Translations under genes and position numbers: made by a program
Notes under the pieces: model-generated
Database searches by the model: none
What the model was told of the DNA's origin: nothing
Seen by the model: the letters and a program-made list of their open reading frames with translations, nothing else
Part shown: positions 36,117 through 47,062 of the stretch, one piece after another
How positions within the stretch are numbered: the first letter of the stretch is position 1
How the letters are laid out: every line of letters starts with the position of its first letter
Assembly (NCBI GenBank): GCA_025594325.1
Contig: JANHCV010000010.1
Coordinates: forward strand, 1,550,001-1,614,000
Reading direction: 5' to 3'
Length of the DNA: 64,000 nucleotides
From: Blastocladiella emersonii ATCC 22665
Lineage: Eukaryota; Fungi; Blastocladiomycota

Positions 36117-37131
36117 ATGAAATGGCCACTCCATGAACATGTGATGTCGGAGAAGAAGTTCCGCGAATTTATGCTCGAATTCATGACCCCGACCGACATC
36201 ACGCGCGTCATGACGTTCCGGCGACGCATCGCCCGCGAGGAGGCGCAGATGTTCCGAGAGATCCTGCGCCAGTCGACTACCGCGCGAATCGAGCACTGCC
36301 ACCGCCGCGCCCTCGCCCTCGCTGGCCCGCAGGACCATCCAACCGCTTGGGATGCGGCGCGGGGTGCGGCGCTCGGCACGTTTGCGCGCGCCGAGTCGGA
36401 CCTGAAGCGTAACCTCGCTAGCGCCATCCAGGAGGTGAACGCGCGGTACGAGCTGCACATGTACAAGGCCGACTGGTACTGGGGGTATCGCGTGTGGGAC
36501 GAGCCGACGCGCTACTGGCTCGCGTCCATGCAGGAGTACGAGACGGGTGTGGTCGGACGTTTGCACCTCGAGCCTCGACGTGCCGAGTTTTGTCCCGCTC
36601 ATCTCCTACTCGGAGCTACCCTCGAGTCCATCGACTTCTTCTGCCGAGCTCGTCCAAGGGCTGGGCTCCGGCTCGGGCACAACGGCCGCACCCGCGCCGG
36701 CGTACGGTCTCCACGCGCCCGCCGACCTCGCCGGCGCCACGCACGGCCTCGACGCGCCCGCCGACCTCGCCGGCGCCACGCACGGCCTCCACGCGCCCGC
36801 CGACCTCGCCGGCGCCACGCACGGCCTCGACGCGCCCGCCGACCTCGCCGGCGCCACGCACGGCCTCCACGCGCCCGCCGACCTCGCCGGCGCCACGCAC
36901 GGCCTCGACGCGCCCGCCGACCTCGCCGGCGCCACGCACGGCCTCGACGCGCCCGTCGACCTCGCCGGCGCCACGCACGGCCTCAACGCGCCCGTCCACC
37001 TGCCCGCTGCGGCTCCCGGGTTCCACACGCACGCCGCTCAACCTGCCGTCGCGGTCGGGTTCGGTGTCCCGCTCGCCCAACTCGGGCCTCTCGCCGCTGC
37101 CGCCGCCCATCAACTGGATCCGTTCCTGTAA
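36117..37131 (+). pseudogene. Transposon-internal ORF1 of unknown function (frame break near 36550-36650), with a 13-aa repeat block
   Basis: Coding-like MKWPLHEHVMSEKKFREF...WYWGYRVWDEPTRYW. After a frame change or intron, the best codon-biased frame reads (ADLAGATHGL[D/H]AP)n to TAA at 37129-37131. Confidence 0.5.
36703..36999 (+). repeat. 39-bp minisatellite, about 7.5 copies
   Basis: Unit GCCGACCTCGCCGGCGCCACGCACGGCCTC(G/C/A)ACGCGCCC starts at 36721, 36760, 36799, 36838, 36877, 36916 and 36955. The variable base runs G,C,G,C,G,G,A. Confidence 0.95.
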
Positions 37132-37156
37132 GCGCAAGCTCAACTTCGAGATCCGC

Positions 37157-40100
37157 ATGGCTTCGCTGTCGTGCAAGCAGCAGCCGCTGTCGCGCTCGTT
37201 CTCGAACTTGACCTCCCATCATTGTCCATTGCCCGCATGATTTCCTCCCTGTATATACTCAGATCTATTCACCGTCCAATGCTTCACTCCCTTGTTCGCC
37301 ACGCTGCGCTCTTCGACGTGCGGCGGGTCCAAGGACGTGCAGTCGCTCGCCATTCTCGCCGTGCAGATCAAGGACAAGGAGGGCATCGAGCTCCTCATCC
37401 AGCTGGCCACGGCGCTGTCCAAGGACGGCGAGCTCCCCCCGCAAGCAGTTCATGTTCCTACATATTCGCGACCAAGTCCGCGGCGTTCTCGGCATCACGA
37501 TCCAGTTCTACGATCCCGCGACGATCGAGGCGTGGTGCTACTTCCACGCCGAGGGCGGCGGCCACAAGGCGTTCCGGTACCTGCGCGGGCCCGGAAAGGC
37601 CGTGCCCGCCGGCCTGACTGACGGCGTCCGTCACAACGCACACGGCACCCCGCACCTCATCAACCTGTTCATCCCGGACACGCGCACAGTGCAGCGCAAG
37701 GCCAAGCAGGACCTGGACAAGAAGAACCCGATCGGGCTCCAGTACGGCCGCATCGAGGACGTGGCCAAGTACGTGACGGAGCAGAAGGCCAAGGGCAACA
37801 TCGTGGAAGTGTGTGTCGCGTTCGACGGCACGGACAAGCCCAACGAGCCGCGTCACTATGAGGACGGCATCGTCCAAGGCGGCCCAGAGTTTGGTAACCT
37901 CGTCAAGGCGTTCAAGCTTCTAGCGGAACCCGGTGCGGCTCGCTTCGTGCGTTATTGTCGCTCGATACGCGCGCCCTGACGTCCCGATCCGCGTGTAGTC
38001 CACGACGAGCGCTTCAAGGACGCGTCCGACCCCAAGTTCGCGCTCCCCGTTGAGCTGATCGACAAGCTCAAGGTCGACGAGCTCAACGACGCGTGCGATG
38101 CGGCCGAGCAGGCCGTGTCCGAGTTCCACGCCGCGCCAGCCGCAGCAGCAGCCGCGGTCGGGTCGGAGAGCGGCGGCGCGGCACCAGCACCGGCCACCGC
38201 CCTCCCCGGTTTCAACGAGAAGGACAAGCTTTGCAAGTGCGCGCAGCAGGTCATCGACACGCTGCGCTACCTCTGCGAGCGCGCGAACGTATACTCGGAG
38301 GCGCTCGCTGAAAAAGAGGAGAGGAAGCGGAGCAAGATCGAGAGCTCCTAGACCTCGGACGCCTCCAAGGAGAAGGCCAAGGTGGCCCTCGCCAAGCTGA
38401 GCGCCAAGTGCAGCCGTGTCCATATGTACGCTCAACAGGTTTGTGGTCGGCGATCATGACCGCTTACCTTTGCTGTGTCTGATTAGGAACATTTCCTGGC
38501 TCGAGCTCCACGCGCAGCAGCTCGAACAGCAGGTGGCCATGGTCATGACTGAGCAGGGCCCGGTCCAGCGCCCAACCAAGGTTGCCCTTGATCTGCTGCA
38601 GCTCATCATCGAGGCGCACGATGGTGCCCACGACGCGCTCGTGGCCGACACCGCTGCGGCGACGAAAAATCTCGTCTTCACCGTGACCGACCACGCGCTC
38701 AACAACCTGCAGTTCGTGGTCGCTCGCCTTCTCGTCGCATCCGAGTCCGCCAGCATCATTCTACCCGTACTGCGGTACATCAACTACGAGCTCAAGAAAG
38801 CTGGTATCTCGGTGGCCGCCCAAGCGTACGTTCTCCTCGTCCCACATCAGCGGCGCTTGCTGACAGGGAGTTTGCTTGTATAGGAGCGACGGCTCGAACG
38901 CCAACTGCCTCATGGGTCGCGGACCTGGCGCAGCGTGCTACCCGCAGATGGTTCGTGACGCGCAAGCGCAGTGGAAGAACATGGAGGAAGATGCGCTGCA
39001 CGAGTGGTTCAACTGCAACGTCGATTCGGCCATGTCGCTGCTCAACAACTCGAGCGACGTCAAGGCCAAGTGGAATGAGCACTACTTCACGACCTGGAAG
39101 AAGGACGTGCACATCAAGGCCATCATCGAGGTCCGCGACAAGCTGAGACGGAGCCCTTCCGCGACGGTCACACAGGCGGCGTTCACGAGCGTGCAGACGG
39201 TGCTGTGGATCGACGCGCGCCTGAAGCTCAACCCCAAGCACGACGTACGGCGAGTACCATGGGTTCCTGTGATTCGAGTCGGGCTCGACGGTCAGCTGCA
39301 CGAGATCGTGACGGTGCACGACCGCGACCACGCGTTCAAGCGCGCCGCGATCCACTTCAGCGAGAGCTCCATTGAGGGCAAGACGGACCACACGCTGTTC
39401 GACAAGATCATCAAGCTGTTCCCCGAGGTGCTCGGCCCAAAGTGGAAGAAACGCGATCGACAAAACGTTCCCGAGGCGCTACGGCTGTTCTCAATGGAGT
39501 GCATCGACAAGGTGCGCGAGGCGGCCGGACCCAACAACGAAAAAGGTACTGGACTCTGCATCATCCTCAACACCTGCCGGAAGCTCCAGGACGCGATGAA
39601 CAGCTCCGACCTCGACATTGAGCAGCGGCACCAGCTCGTCAACGAGGCCGGCAGCATCTTCTACCTCGCGTTCCTCGAGAAGTGGTGTTTGGCCGACGGC
39701 GGGTCGCCGACCAAGTACGTGTCCGGCATCCCCGCCTGCACCATCACGGCCCTGTTCAGCATCATCGGCGCGTTCAAGGCCTTTGACGAGCGCTACGCTC
39801 GCGCCAACCCAGAGCCGAACGCCAAGCCGTGGCGCCAGCGCTTCCTCACCACCGACATGGTCGAGGCGTACTTCTCGGGCTGCCGCAACGCGTGGGGTCA
39901 GGACGGGCGCGCCAAGTCCAACACGCTGCCGCGCATCGTGATCCTGCTCGCCATGAGCAAGGCCGACCACTCGGCCGAGCAGCTCGCGAAGCCGTTTGAC
40001 GAGCTCGGCGGGTTCGTCGGGTCCTTGTCGCGGCGCTCGATGATCGGCGGGTACAAGCGCAACACGGGCGTGTGGGGACGATGCGCGGCGAGGGATGGGC

Positions 40101-40369
40101 ACGCGGCACTCCGATCGCTCCCGCCGCCCCCGCCGACCGCCCGCGCAAGCGCCCAGCAGACGAAGTCGAGGGCGGCATCGAGTCGAGACCGAGCAACCGC
40201 GGCTTCCACCGCAACGGCACTCATGTGGGTCCCCAGTCGTAGGCACGGTCGGCGAGATCGTGCCGGGCGCAGCTTCGCGCCGCGCGCAGAGTCCAACGGG
40301 TCACGGGCCCGCGAGGGAAGTCAGAGATCGGGCAGTTGCAGCAAGAGAGAACATTTTTGTAATGCATAG
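37157..40369 (+). pseudogene. Spliced, disabled P-element/THAP9-like DDE transposase (start and end approximate)
   Basis: Catalytic motifs: VCVAFDG (D, 37824), KAGISVAAQASDGSNAN (D, 38888), DRDHAFKR (DxxH, 39320), DRQNVPEALRLFS, RFLTTDMVEAYFSGCRNAWG (E, 39863). Introns 37933-37998, 38426-38486, 38826-38883. Lesions: frameshift in the C-run at 37435-37440 and in-frame TAG at 38349-38351. Confidence 0.8.
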
Positions 40370-40539
40370 TTATCATGTTTATTGCGATCCACGGGCTTGC
40401 CGAGGTCGAAGAGGGAGAGAAGAGCGGCCGAGGCGAGGTGGCGGGTGGCGCAAGCGGAGGACTGAGAGGCGGATTGGAGTGGCAGTCTATGGCACGCGTC
40501 GGCTTCCCTGTGTCGATCATCGCTCCCACAGCGCGCGCG

Positions 40540-40563
40540 GTTGTCGCCCCCCTGGTTCGGCAT
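40540..40563. repeat. Right TIR (15 bp) + right TSD (9 bp)
   Basis: GTTGTCGCCCCCCTG|GTTCGGCAT. Confidence 0.95.
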
Positions 40564-40837
40564 CCCTTCCCTATCACGGCCGCAGTCATCTCCCGCGAGG
40601 GCCCGGACCGGAGCGGGAGCATGGCCGCGCCGCGAGTCGGCCCGCTATCGTGACCCGCGGCAGCGGCGGCGGGCGCGTGGAGGTGGCGCGGGCGACCGCG
40701 AGGCCTGCACGGTATTTCAGGACTGTGGAGCGGCAAGAGTCATCCCATCCATCGGTGTGATCAGCGAGAAGTCGGCCGGTGGGGAAGATACGGGGAGCGC
40801 CGAAGGACGGGTGGGAGAGGAGGCGGGATGAGTCACT

Positions 40838-41009
40838 TTTTTTTTGCGGCCAGCGTGGTCCGGCTGCCACTTCTCTCCCAGCTTGGCGCGGCGCGGTCAG
40901 CGCTCTGGCTGTGGCGTCGCCACCGGTGGCGCCCGCACCGCAAGGGCTGGGCGCCGCGCCGCAAGCTGGGACAGGAGTGGCAGCCGTCTCACGCTGGCCG
41001 CAAAAAAAA
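40838..41009. repeat. About 172-bp imperfect palindrome (MITE-like hairpin)
   Basis: T8-GCGGCCAGCGTG..CGGCTGCCACT..TCCCAGCTTG.GCGCGGCGC pairs with its reverse complement ending in A8. The centre is GCCACCGGTGGC (ACC|GGT at 40924/5). Confidence 0.9.
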
Positions 41010-42029
41010 TTGGCCCATCAGAGGAGGTCGGCCGAGGGTCGCTCGTGGGAGCGCGGGAAGAGCTCGGCAGGTGTGGCATGGCTACGATCAGGGGTCGTGA
41101 ACGAGCGGGTCGTGTCCGAGCCATAGCGCCAGCGCAGAGACGGCGGCGAGCGGGTGAAGAAAAGTTAGGCGAGGCCGAGGTCGGCCAACGAGCGTAGTCG
41201 ACGTGGTGGTCGTCGGGCGCCGAACGCCGGCGGACGAGGACAGGGCTAAAGTAGCAACATATCGCGGAACCGCGAGAAATGCATGTACGGAATCGATTAC
41301 GACGATGTTGGCGGTAGGCAAGCGCGCCAACGCGATGACGAGCGACTCGCACCGCGAGCGCCGCAGAGGACGCACGCGGCTTCGCTTCTTCCGTCCCGTA
41401 AGCGTTTACCGGGCTCAGCGCGGCTCAGAAACAACTCTGGAAGGGTGGGCATTGTAAAGTTGCAGGAGAGAGGGAAAGCGGGGTGAGCCGCCGGTTTTGT
41501 ACCGTTTGATCCGCTGGTCGCGCATGTGACACGTCGCTACGGGCGTTCTTCTCTTCCCCCCGACTCAAACCTCACTTCTCCGGTCTGATCTTGACCGCGA
41601 CGGCGGCCATGGCGAGTAGCACCATGTACGTGATGGCCAGATCGACTTCAAGCCGGCCGATCTCAGCGGGGGCATGCCCAGGGGTTGGTGCCCGGTCGCG
41701 TCGCCCTCCAGAGTGACCAGCCGCTCTCCGCGGGCCTCCCAACTGCTTCGAGGTCATGGTCCGCCATCAGAACAGCTGGCTCGGACAGCGACCAACGACG
41801 TTGAGACAGTGGAGACATCATCTGATAATAGACCGTAAGCGCGGCACACGTGAGCCTGAAACGCGACGCGACGCGACGCGTCGCTGACGTTGCTCTTTGT
41901 CCCGCGGCGGTCCACGCGGGCCCCACTCCGCGCAACTTCATTAGGCTTCGGCAGAACGGAAATAGCTGACGCGAACTCGCGAAACAACCTGGCCTGGCTC
42001 CGTGCCGTCGACCCGGAGTAGCACACATC

Positions 42030-42077
42030 GCGTCGCGTCGACCGAGCGTCGCGTCGACCGAGCGTCGCGTCGACCGA
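42030..42077. repeat. 16-bp tandem repeat x3
   Basis: GCGTCGCGTCGACCGA three times. Confidence 0.9.
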
Positions 42078-43052
42078 GCGACGCGTCGCCGTCTCGGACG
42101 GGTCTCCGCCATGCTCTCTGCCCTCAACCACTGCTTCCATCGTGTTTGTAGTCGCCACGCAGTTATGGGAGCTGAAGCATTGGATGGAGGGATACTGACT
42201 GTGAGTAGTTGGAGTGCGGATCGGCGGGTGACAACGAGATCGAGAAGCAGTACAGTGGTCCATCGGCCAAAACAGCGCGGTTCCCGGCCGCTTGGGCGAG
42301 GGCGAGAACTTTGCCTCGACGACACCAAGGCTTCGTCCTCAGCACATCTCGCCGGCGCGTCCGAGTATTGATCGCGCGAGTCGGCGAGCTCAGCATGTCC
42401 AACATGTGGGCCGACCGTCCTTGCTCGAGTTCAAGTTTCCAGCCTCTCAGGCGACAACCCCTCAGTCACATACTGCATGGACTTGCCGCGGCGATTCCGA
42501 GTCGCCTAGTCGTGGCGTCCGAGAGCGGCAGGCCTCGGCGGTGCTCAAGCTGACAGAGGTGCACGACGTCGTGGGGTTTGGCACTCGCGTGCCGAGGTGC
42601 CACTCGAATCGGTTGTCCGCTCTCACCCATGACTTGGTACCTCGTCGCGACTGACTTTCTCGGACATCACCGCGGCACATGCGTCCGGGAGTTTGCGGTT
42701 CCCGGCTTCTTAGTCCCGCCTCGATGACCTGGGCGAGCGCGACGCGCGATCGTCGCTCGCGTGACACGGCTGCCGCAAGTGGCCGAGCGTGAGACACTTT
42801 CCAGCGCGGTGTGAGACGCGTTCTGCACGCGTTTCTCCCTCCCTGGCCGCGATATCGTCTCCCACCACTTTGATCCGTGATTACTTGGTGCAGAGTGTCG
42901 CTCGGCACCGGCTCGCGCCCTGGCGCCGCGCTCCCTCCCCCCTCTGCCCGCGCCCTCCCGCGCGGCCCCGCTTGATCTGGCTCTCTCTTCGCAACGGCTT
43001 TCGATTCTCAAGACCGCCAGACTCGCCCGATCTGCCACGCATCTACCACGCA

Positions 43053-44729
43053 ATGGATTCAAACCGCGCGCCGACGCCCGTCCCGACTGCCGGCGGGGCT
43101 GTACTCGGCCTTGCTGCCCTGGCCGGCCGCCGGCACGACACCGTCGAGGAGTGCGCGGGCATCGACGCCGACTGCGACGCGCTGAGCCAGGCCACCAAGA
43201 AGCATGTGGCTGACTCTGTCGCGAAGCGTGTCCTCGACGTCTACCACGGCCTTGATGCGGCAGCACGCGACGCGGCCAACGAGGACGTCGCGTTCGACCG
43301 CGTCAAGCAGGCCGAGATCATCGGCACGCTACGGGACATTGGCGTCCTAGTCCACGGGGTCTTCACGGACTCGACGCATGCGTCTATGACGCTCGACGCC
43401 ATCGACAAGATCGGCGACCTGACCGGGACAAGGGTCTCGAACATCTTCCACGGCACGACTTCCGAGCTCTCGTCGGCAACTTCCGCGTCCGAGCCCCCGT
43501 CGACGACGGTCACTCTCAACCCCTCGTTGACGATTCCCGCGTCCGAGCACTCGTCAACGACGGTTGCTCTCACTTTCTCTTCAACAGCGTCCGCGCTCGA
43601 GCTCTCATCGGGGACGCCCGCGCCCAAGTTCTCGTCGGGGACGCCCGCGCTCGAGTCCTCGTCGACGACGTTTGCGCCCGAGTTTTCGTCGGCGACGCCC
43701 GCATCCGAGTTCCTGTCGCTGCCCGCACCACCAGCCGCTATTCCGCTTCCGTCGTCGCACATCCTGCCCGACTCGCCCCCGAGCGTCTCCATTGCCCTCG
43801 CCCTGTACCGCGCACCATTGCTCGACTTTGCGCAGAGCCTCGCCGTCGAGGGCGAGCGCCGCAAACTGAACGCCGAGGCCAAGCGGTCCCTGGCGTCCAT
43901 CTCGCGGCAGACCTTCGAGGTCAGCCTCGCGCTTCGCACTGCGGTCGCCGCGGCGAGTACCAACCACGGCCTGCTCGGCCGTAACGGGCAGCGGCGGCTC
44001 GTCGCTTCGCTCAAGATGCTCGCCGAGAAGCAGTTGGGGATCGCTCGCCATCTCCGCGAGTACTCGAAGTCGCAGGAACCCATCGACGCCCTGCGGTTCC
44101 GGACCACCGCCGCTATCGGCGACTTCTTCCTGCAGGCGATGTACGGGCTCGACTCCTCGTCACCCGCAGCGCCGGGCATCACCTCGTACTCGGTGCCGCC
44201 CAGCCCCACGCCGACCTCCTCGCGCGTCCTGTCGCCTCTCCTCCCGACCCTCACGCATGATGACAAGAGAGCCGACGCGGCCGCCCTTGCACTTGCCATG
44301 CTGCCCCCGGTGAGTCTCGCCGTGCAGAACCTCGGCTGTCGTTACTGCATCGCAGTCAAGAAGCACGATTCCGACCAGCACATCGCGCAAGGCCTGCACA
44401 AGCCGGCCATGTGCAACCGACTCTGGAAGCCGCAGCATCTCGCCGAGAAGTTCAACATGCTTCTGGGCCCGGTCACGGGTCTCGTGAGCCTCCTCAACAA
44501 GGCGCGCCGCGTCACGAAGAACGACGACAAGCTCCTTGCTTTTGCCGAGAAGATGGTCGTCCTGCTCAACAAGTACATCACGGCGGAGCCAACGCGGCTG
44601 AGCGCGCACCAGATCACGCTCGCAGGACTTGGCGAGCTGCTGCTCCTCGACAAGGAGTCGACCACCATCCGTGTCCGCCAGCTCCTCCAGTGCGTGTCCG
44701 AGTTCCAGGCACACGAGGTCGCGGTGTAG
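43053..44729 (+). CDS. Orphan protein (about 558 aa) with Ser/Thr-rich 10-aa repeats and a CxxC/His cluster
   Basis: Intronless ORF with coding-like codon use from ATG 43053. Degenerate 30-bp repeats near 43598-43712. Motif CRYCIAVKKHDSDQHIAQGLHKPAMC. No family recognised. Confidence 0.6.
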   Translation: MDSNRAPTPVPTAGGAVLGLAALAGRRHDTVEECAGIDADCDALSQATKKHVADSVAKRVLDVYHGLDAAARDAANEDVAFDRVKQAEIIGTLRDIGVLVHGVFTDSTHASMTLDAIDKIGDLTGTRVSNIFHGTTSELSSATSASEPPSTTVTLNPSLTIPASEHSSTTVALTFSSTASALELSSGTPAPKFSSGTPALESSSTTFAPEFSSATPASEFLSLPAPPAAIPLPSSHILPDSPPSVSIALALYRAPLLDFAQSLAVEGERRKLNAEAKRSLASISRQTFEVSLALRTAVAAASTNHGLLGRNGQRRLVASLKMLAEKQLGIARHLREYSKSQEPIDALRFRTTAAIGDFFLQAMYGLDSSSPAAPGITSYSVPPSPTPTSSRVLSPLLPTLTHDDKRADAAALALAMLPPVSLAVQNLGCRYCIAVKKHDSDQHIAQGLHKPAMCNRLWKPQHLAEKFNMLLGPVTGLVSLLNKARRVTKNDDKLLAFAEKMVVLLNKYITAEPTRLSAHQITLAGLGELLLLDKESTTIRVRQLLQCVSEFQAHEVAV

Positions 44730-44805
44730 TTGCAGACGGTGAGTCGTGGGCGTCAACGGCCCGTGGATGATCATAATAGATTCTCTTGTTTTCATACACG
44801 ATGCA

Positions 44806-47062
44806 TACGGTTTGCGGCCAAACGAGAAGGGTAAGGTCCCGCGGTTCTCGAGCCGAAAGGCATGCCACCCGCCGAACCGGCGCGCGTCGGTGCTCGGGAA
44901 CACGGTCGCCGTCGACTGCGTGCTGAACGTGGCGTTGAGCGGCAGGTTCCGCACGCTGACCGTGAACGGCGGGTCGCCGCTGCCCACGTCGTCGCTGTCG
45001 AACCGGATAAACAGGTCGTTGTCGGGCGCGTTGATGAAGGCGCCGAACTCGACCGTCGCGAGGCCCGCGATCCGGCCCGTCTTGGCCACGCCGAGCGCCA
45101 GCGGGACCCGCGCCGGGCACGACGACGCGGACGTGACGGCCGAGCACCCGTACACACACGCGTCGCCGCACCACCCGCACCCGGGCTTGGCCACGCAGTC
45201 GGCGCAGTCGTTGGACCGCGCGCACCACGTCCTCGCGCGGCACGCGGCGCGCGCTGTGGCGTTGGCCGGCGGCAGGGCAATCCGCTCGCGGACCACGTCC
45301 GACTGCGACACGCCGTTGAACCCGCCGGCAATCACCAGCTCGTCGTCGCCGCGCCGTACCGCCGCGTGGCCCATGCGGTGTCGCCCCGGCAGCGACGTCG
45401 CGTTGACCACGGACCAGCAGTCGAGGTCCACGATGTGAAGCGCGTCCGTGTAGCACGCGCGGGCCGTCGAGGCCGGCGTCACGGGCTTGATCTGCCCGCC
45501 GAAGAGCACCGCGTAGTTGTCGCCGAACAGCGTGGCGGACCGGTACAGGCGCGGGTCGATGGCGGTGGCCGGATCGGTGGGCGAGGTCAGGCTGTCGATG
45601 GGGTCAAAGAACCACGTGTCGGTCGGGACGTGGTAGCTCTGCACCGCGTACTCGGTGAAGACGTGGATGAACCGCGACGCGGACCGGTAAATGGCCGAGG
45701 CGGCGACCGCGGCCGACGTCGAGATGATCGGGTGCGAGCTGCTGTTGCGCTGCGACCAGACGAGCGTGCCTATTCCGTTGGAGCGGGATAAGTGTTAGTG
45801 AGCATCCTGGATGACCTTGATAGAGTTCGTACGCGTGTCAAACTCGAACAGGAGCCGCGAGTACGAGTAGTACCCCGACTGCAGCGTGAGCCCGCCAATC
45901 ACGAAAACCTTGCCGAGATCCTCGGCCGCGACCACCGTCGGCCAGTACAGGGGCGGCGGCGTCACGGCGACGCTTCCGGGAGGTCCCGGCCGCGGCGTGA
46001 TACGCGACCACTGCGGTGAAGCGGAGCCCGGCGTCAGCTGCCAAAGGTCCGTGGTCGCGCCCTGGTTCCCAATCCCGCCGTACAGGTATACCGTCGAGTT
46101 GATGGCGACCATGCCGTGCGAGTAGCGGTCCGACGGGCCGGGCAATGTTACCGGGACGGTGCTCCATGATCCTGGGCCTAAGGAAGGGACGACGTAAGTT
46201 GGAAGTCTCGGCAGTGGCAAGGACAGAGCGTACCAAAATTGTACTGCAGCGTGTCGAACGGGAGGACCTGGTTGTCGCGCTGCCCGCCGGCAAGGACCAT
46301 GGCGTCGGCGTCGGCGAGGTACGCGGCAGCGAGGTTCGCGCGCGGGACGAACGCCGCGAAGCCCGCCGTCTCGCGCTCGCACATGGTGCCCGATGCGGTC
46401 GGGTTGCACTGGCAACGCAAGCCGCCGCCACTGACGGAAACGCAGGTCCCGCGGCCCGAGCACACGTCGCCGTTGGGCCCGACGGGAGCGCACGGCGAGA
46501 CGAGCTGGTAGGCCGCCGTGAACCCGGCCGACTGCACGTCCACGTCCGAGGCAAACTCGACGACGAGCGCGGGCCCGCTCGACACGATCACGTCGTAGGC
46601 GAGGTGCGCGGTGCGGTTCCCGCACAGGCGCGCGATGGGCGTCGACGACACCGAGCCGGAACCGGCTGACACGTCGTAGGCCGTGACGAAGTCGTAGCCG
46701 CACTCGGTCTGGAACGACGAGAAGGTGACGCGGACCACGCGCGTCGGGTCGAGCGATGCGATCCGCCACCGGCACTGCGCATTGTTCGGGTACCCCGGCG
46801 GCGAAAAGTTGGTGCCAAAGGTGCCCGCTGGCGCGGACAGGAGCGCCGTGGTGCCCGCGGCTGCGCACCCGGTGAAGGGCAACGACGGTGGAGAGGACGA
46901 GGAGGGTGGCGGGACGGATTGCCGTGGCTCATGTTGTAGTTGTGCGAAGGCGACGGTGGAAGAGACGACGAGGGTGGTAGTTACGGCGAGTATGAGCGCG
47001 GCGGCGGTGGTCGCAGGGCCGATGCCCCCGAGAGCTCGGGGGAGGATTCTGGTTCGCGTCAT
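44806..47062 (-). CDS. Attractin/MEGF8-like secreted or surface protein (signal/TM - CUB - EGF - kelch - PSI); 3' end apparently missing
   Basis: CUB (CRWRI...FSSFQTECGYDF), EGF (CSGRGTC...CQC), kelch repeats (RYSHGMV..., RMGHAAV...IAGGFNG) and PSI (CADCVAKPGCGWC). Introns 46178-46233 and 45770-45832. No convincing TM or C-terminus after about 44810. Confidence 0.8.

Larger units (their letters stand above)
35953..40554 (+). mobile_element. Full-length cut-and-paste DNA transposon with a P-element/THAP9-type transposase (4602 bp)
   Basis: Perfect 15-bp TIRs: CAGGGGGGCGACAAC (35953-35967) and GTTGTCGCCCCCCTG (40540-40554). Identical 9-bp flanking direct repeat GTTCGGCAT (35944-35952, 40555-40563). 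Subterminal inverted motifs CGCGTGCCATA and CTGCCACTCC. Internal DDE transposase. Confidence 0.92.

Noticed and set aside
36703-36999. 39-bp periodic repeat as a CRISPR array
   Set aside because: The units are contiguous with no unique spacers, the context is eukaryotic, and there are no cas genes. It is a coding minisatellite.
41088-41375. IVVIDSV, a Walker-B-like RecA/Rad51 fragment on the minus strand
   Set aside because: A single short motif with no Walker A and non-coding-like codon usage.
42789-43052. N-terminal extension of the orphan ORF given by the ORF track
   Set aside because: It starts at a non-ATG codon and the sequence is promoter-like and pyrimidine-rich. Coding bias begins at ATG 43053.
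44160-44805. Attractin-like reading frame continuing to 44160
   Set aside because: This stretch is the antisense shadow of the + strand orphan ORF and shows no attractin-like features.
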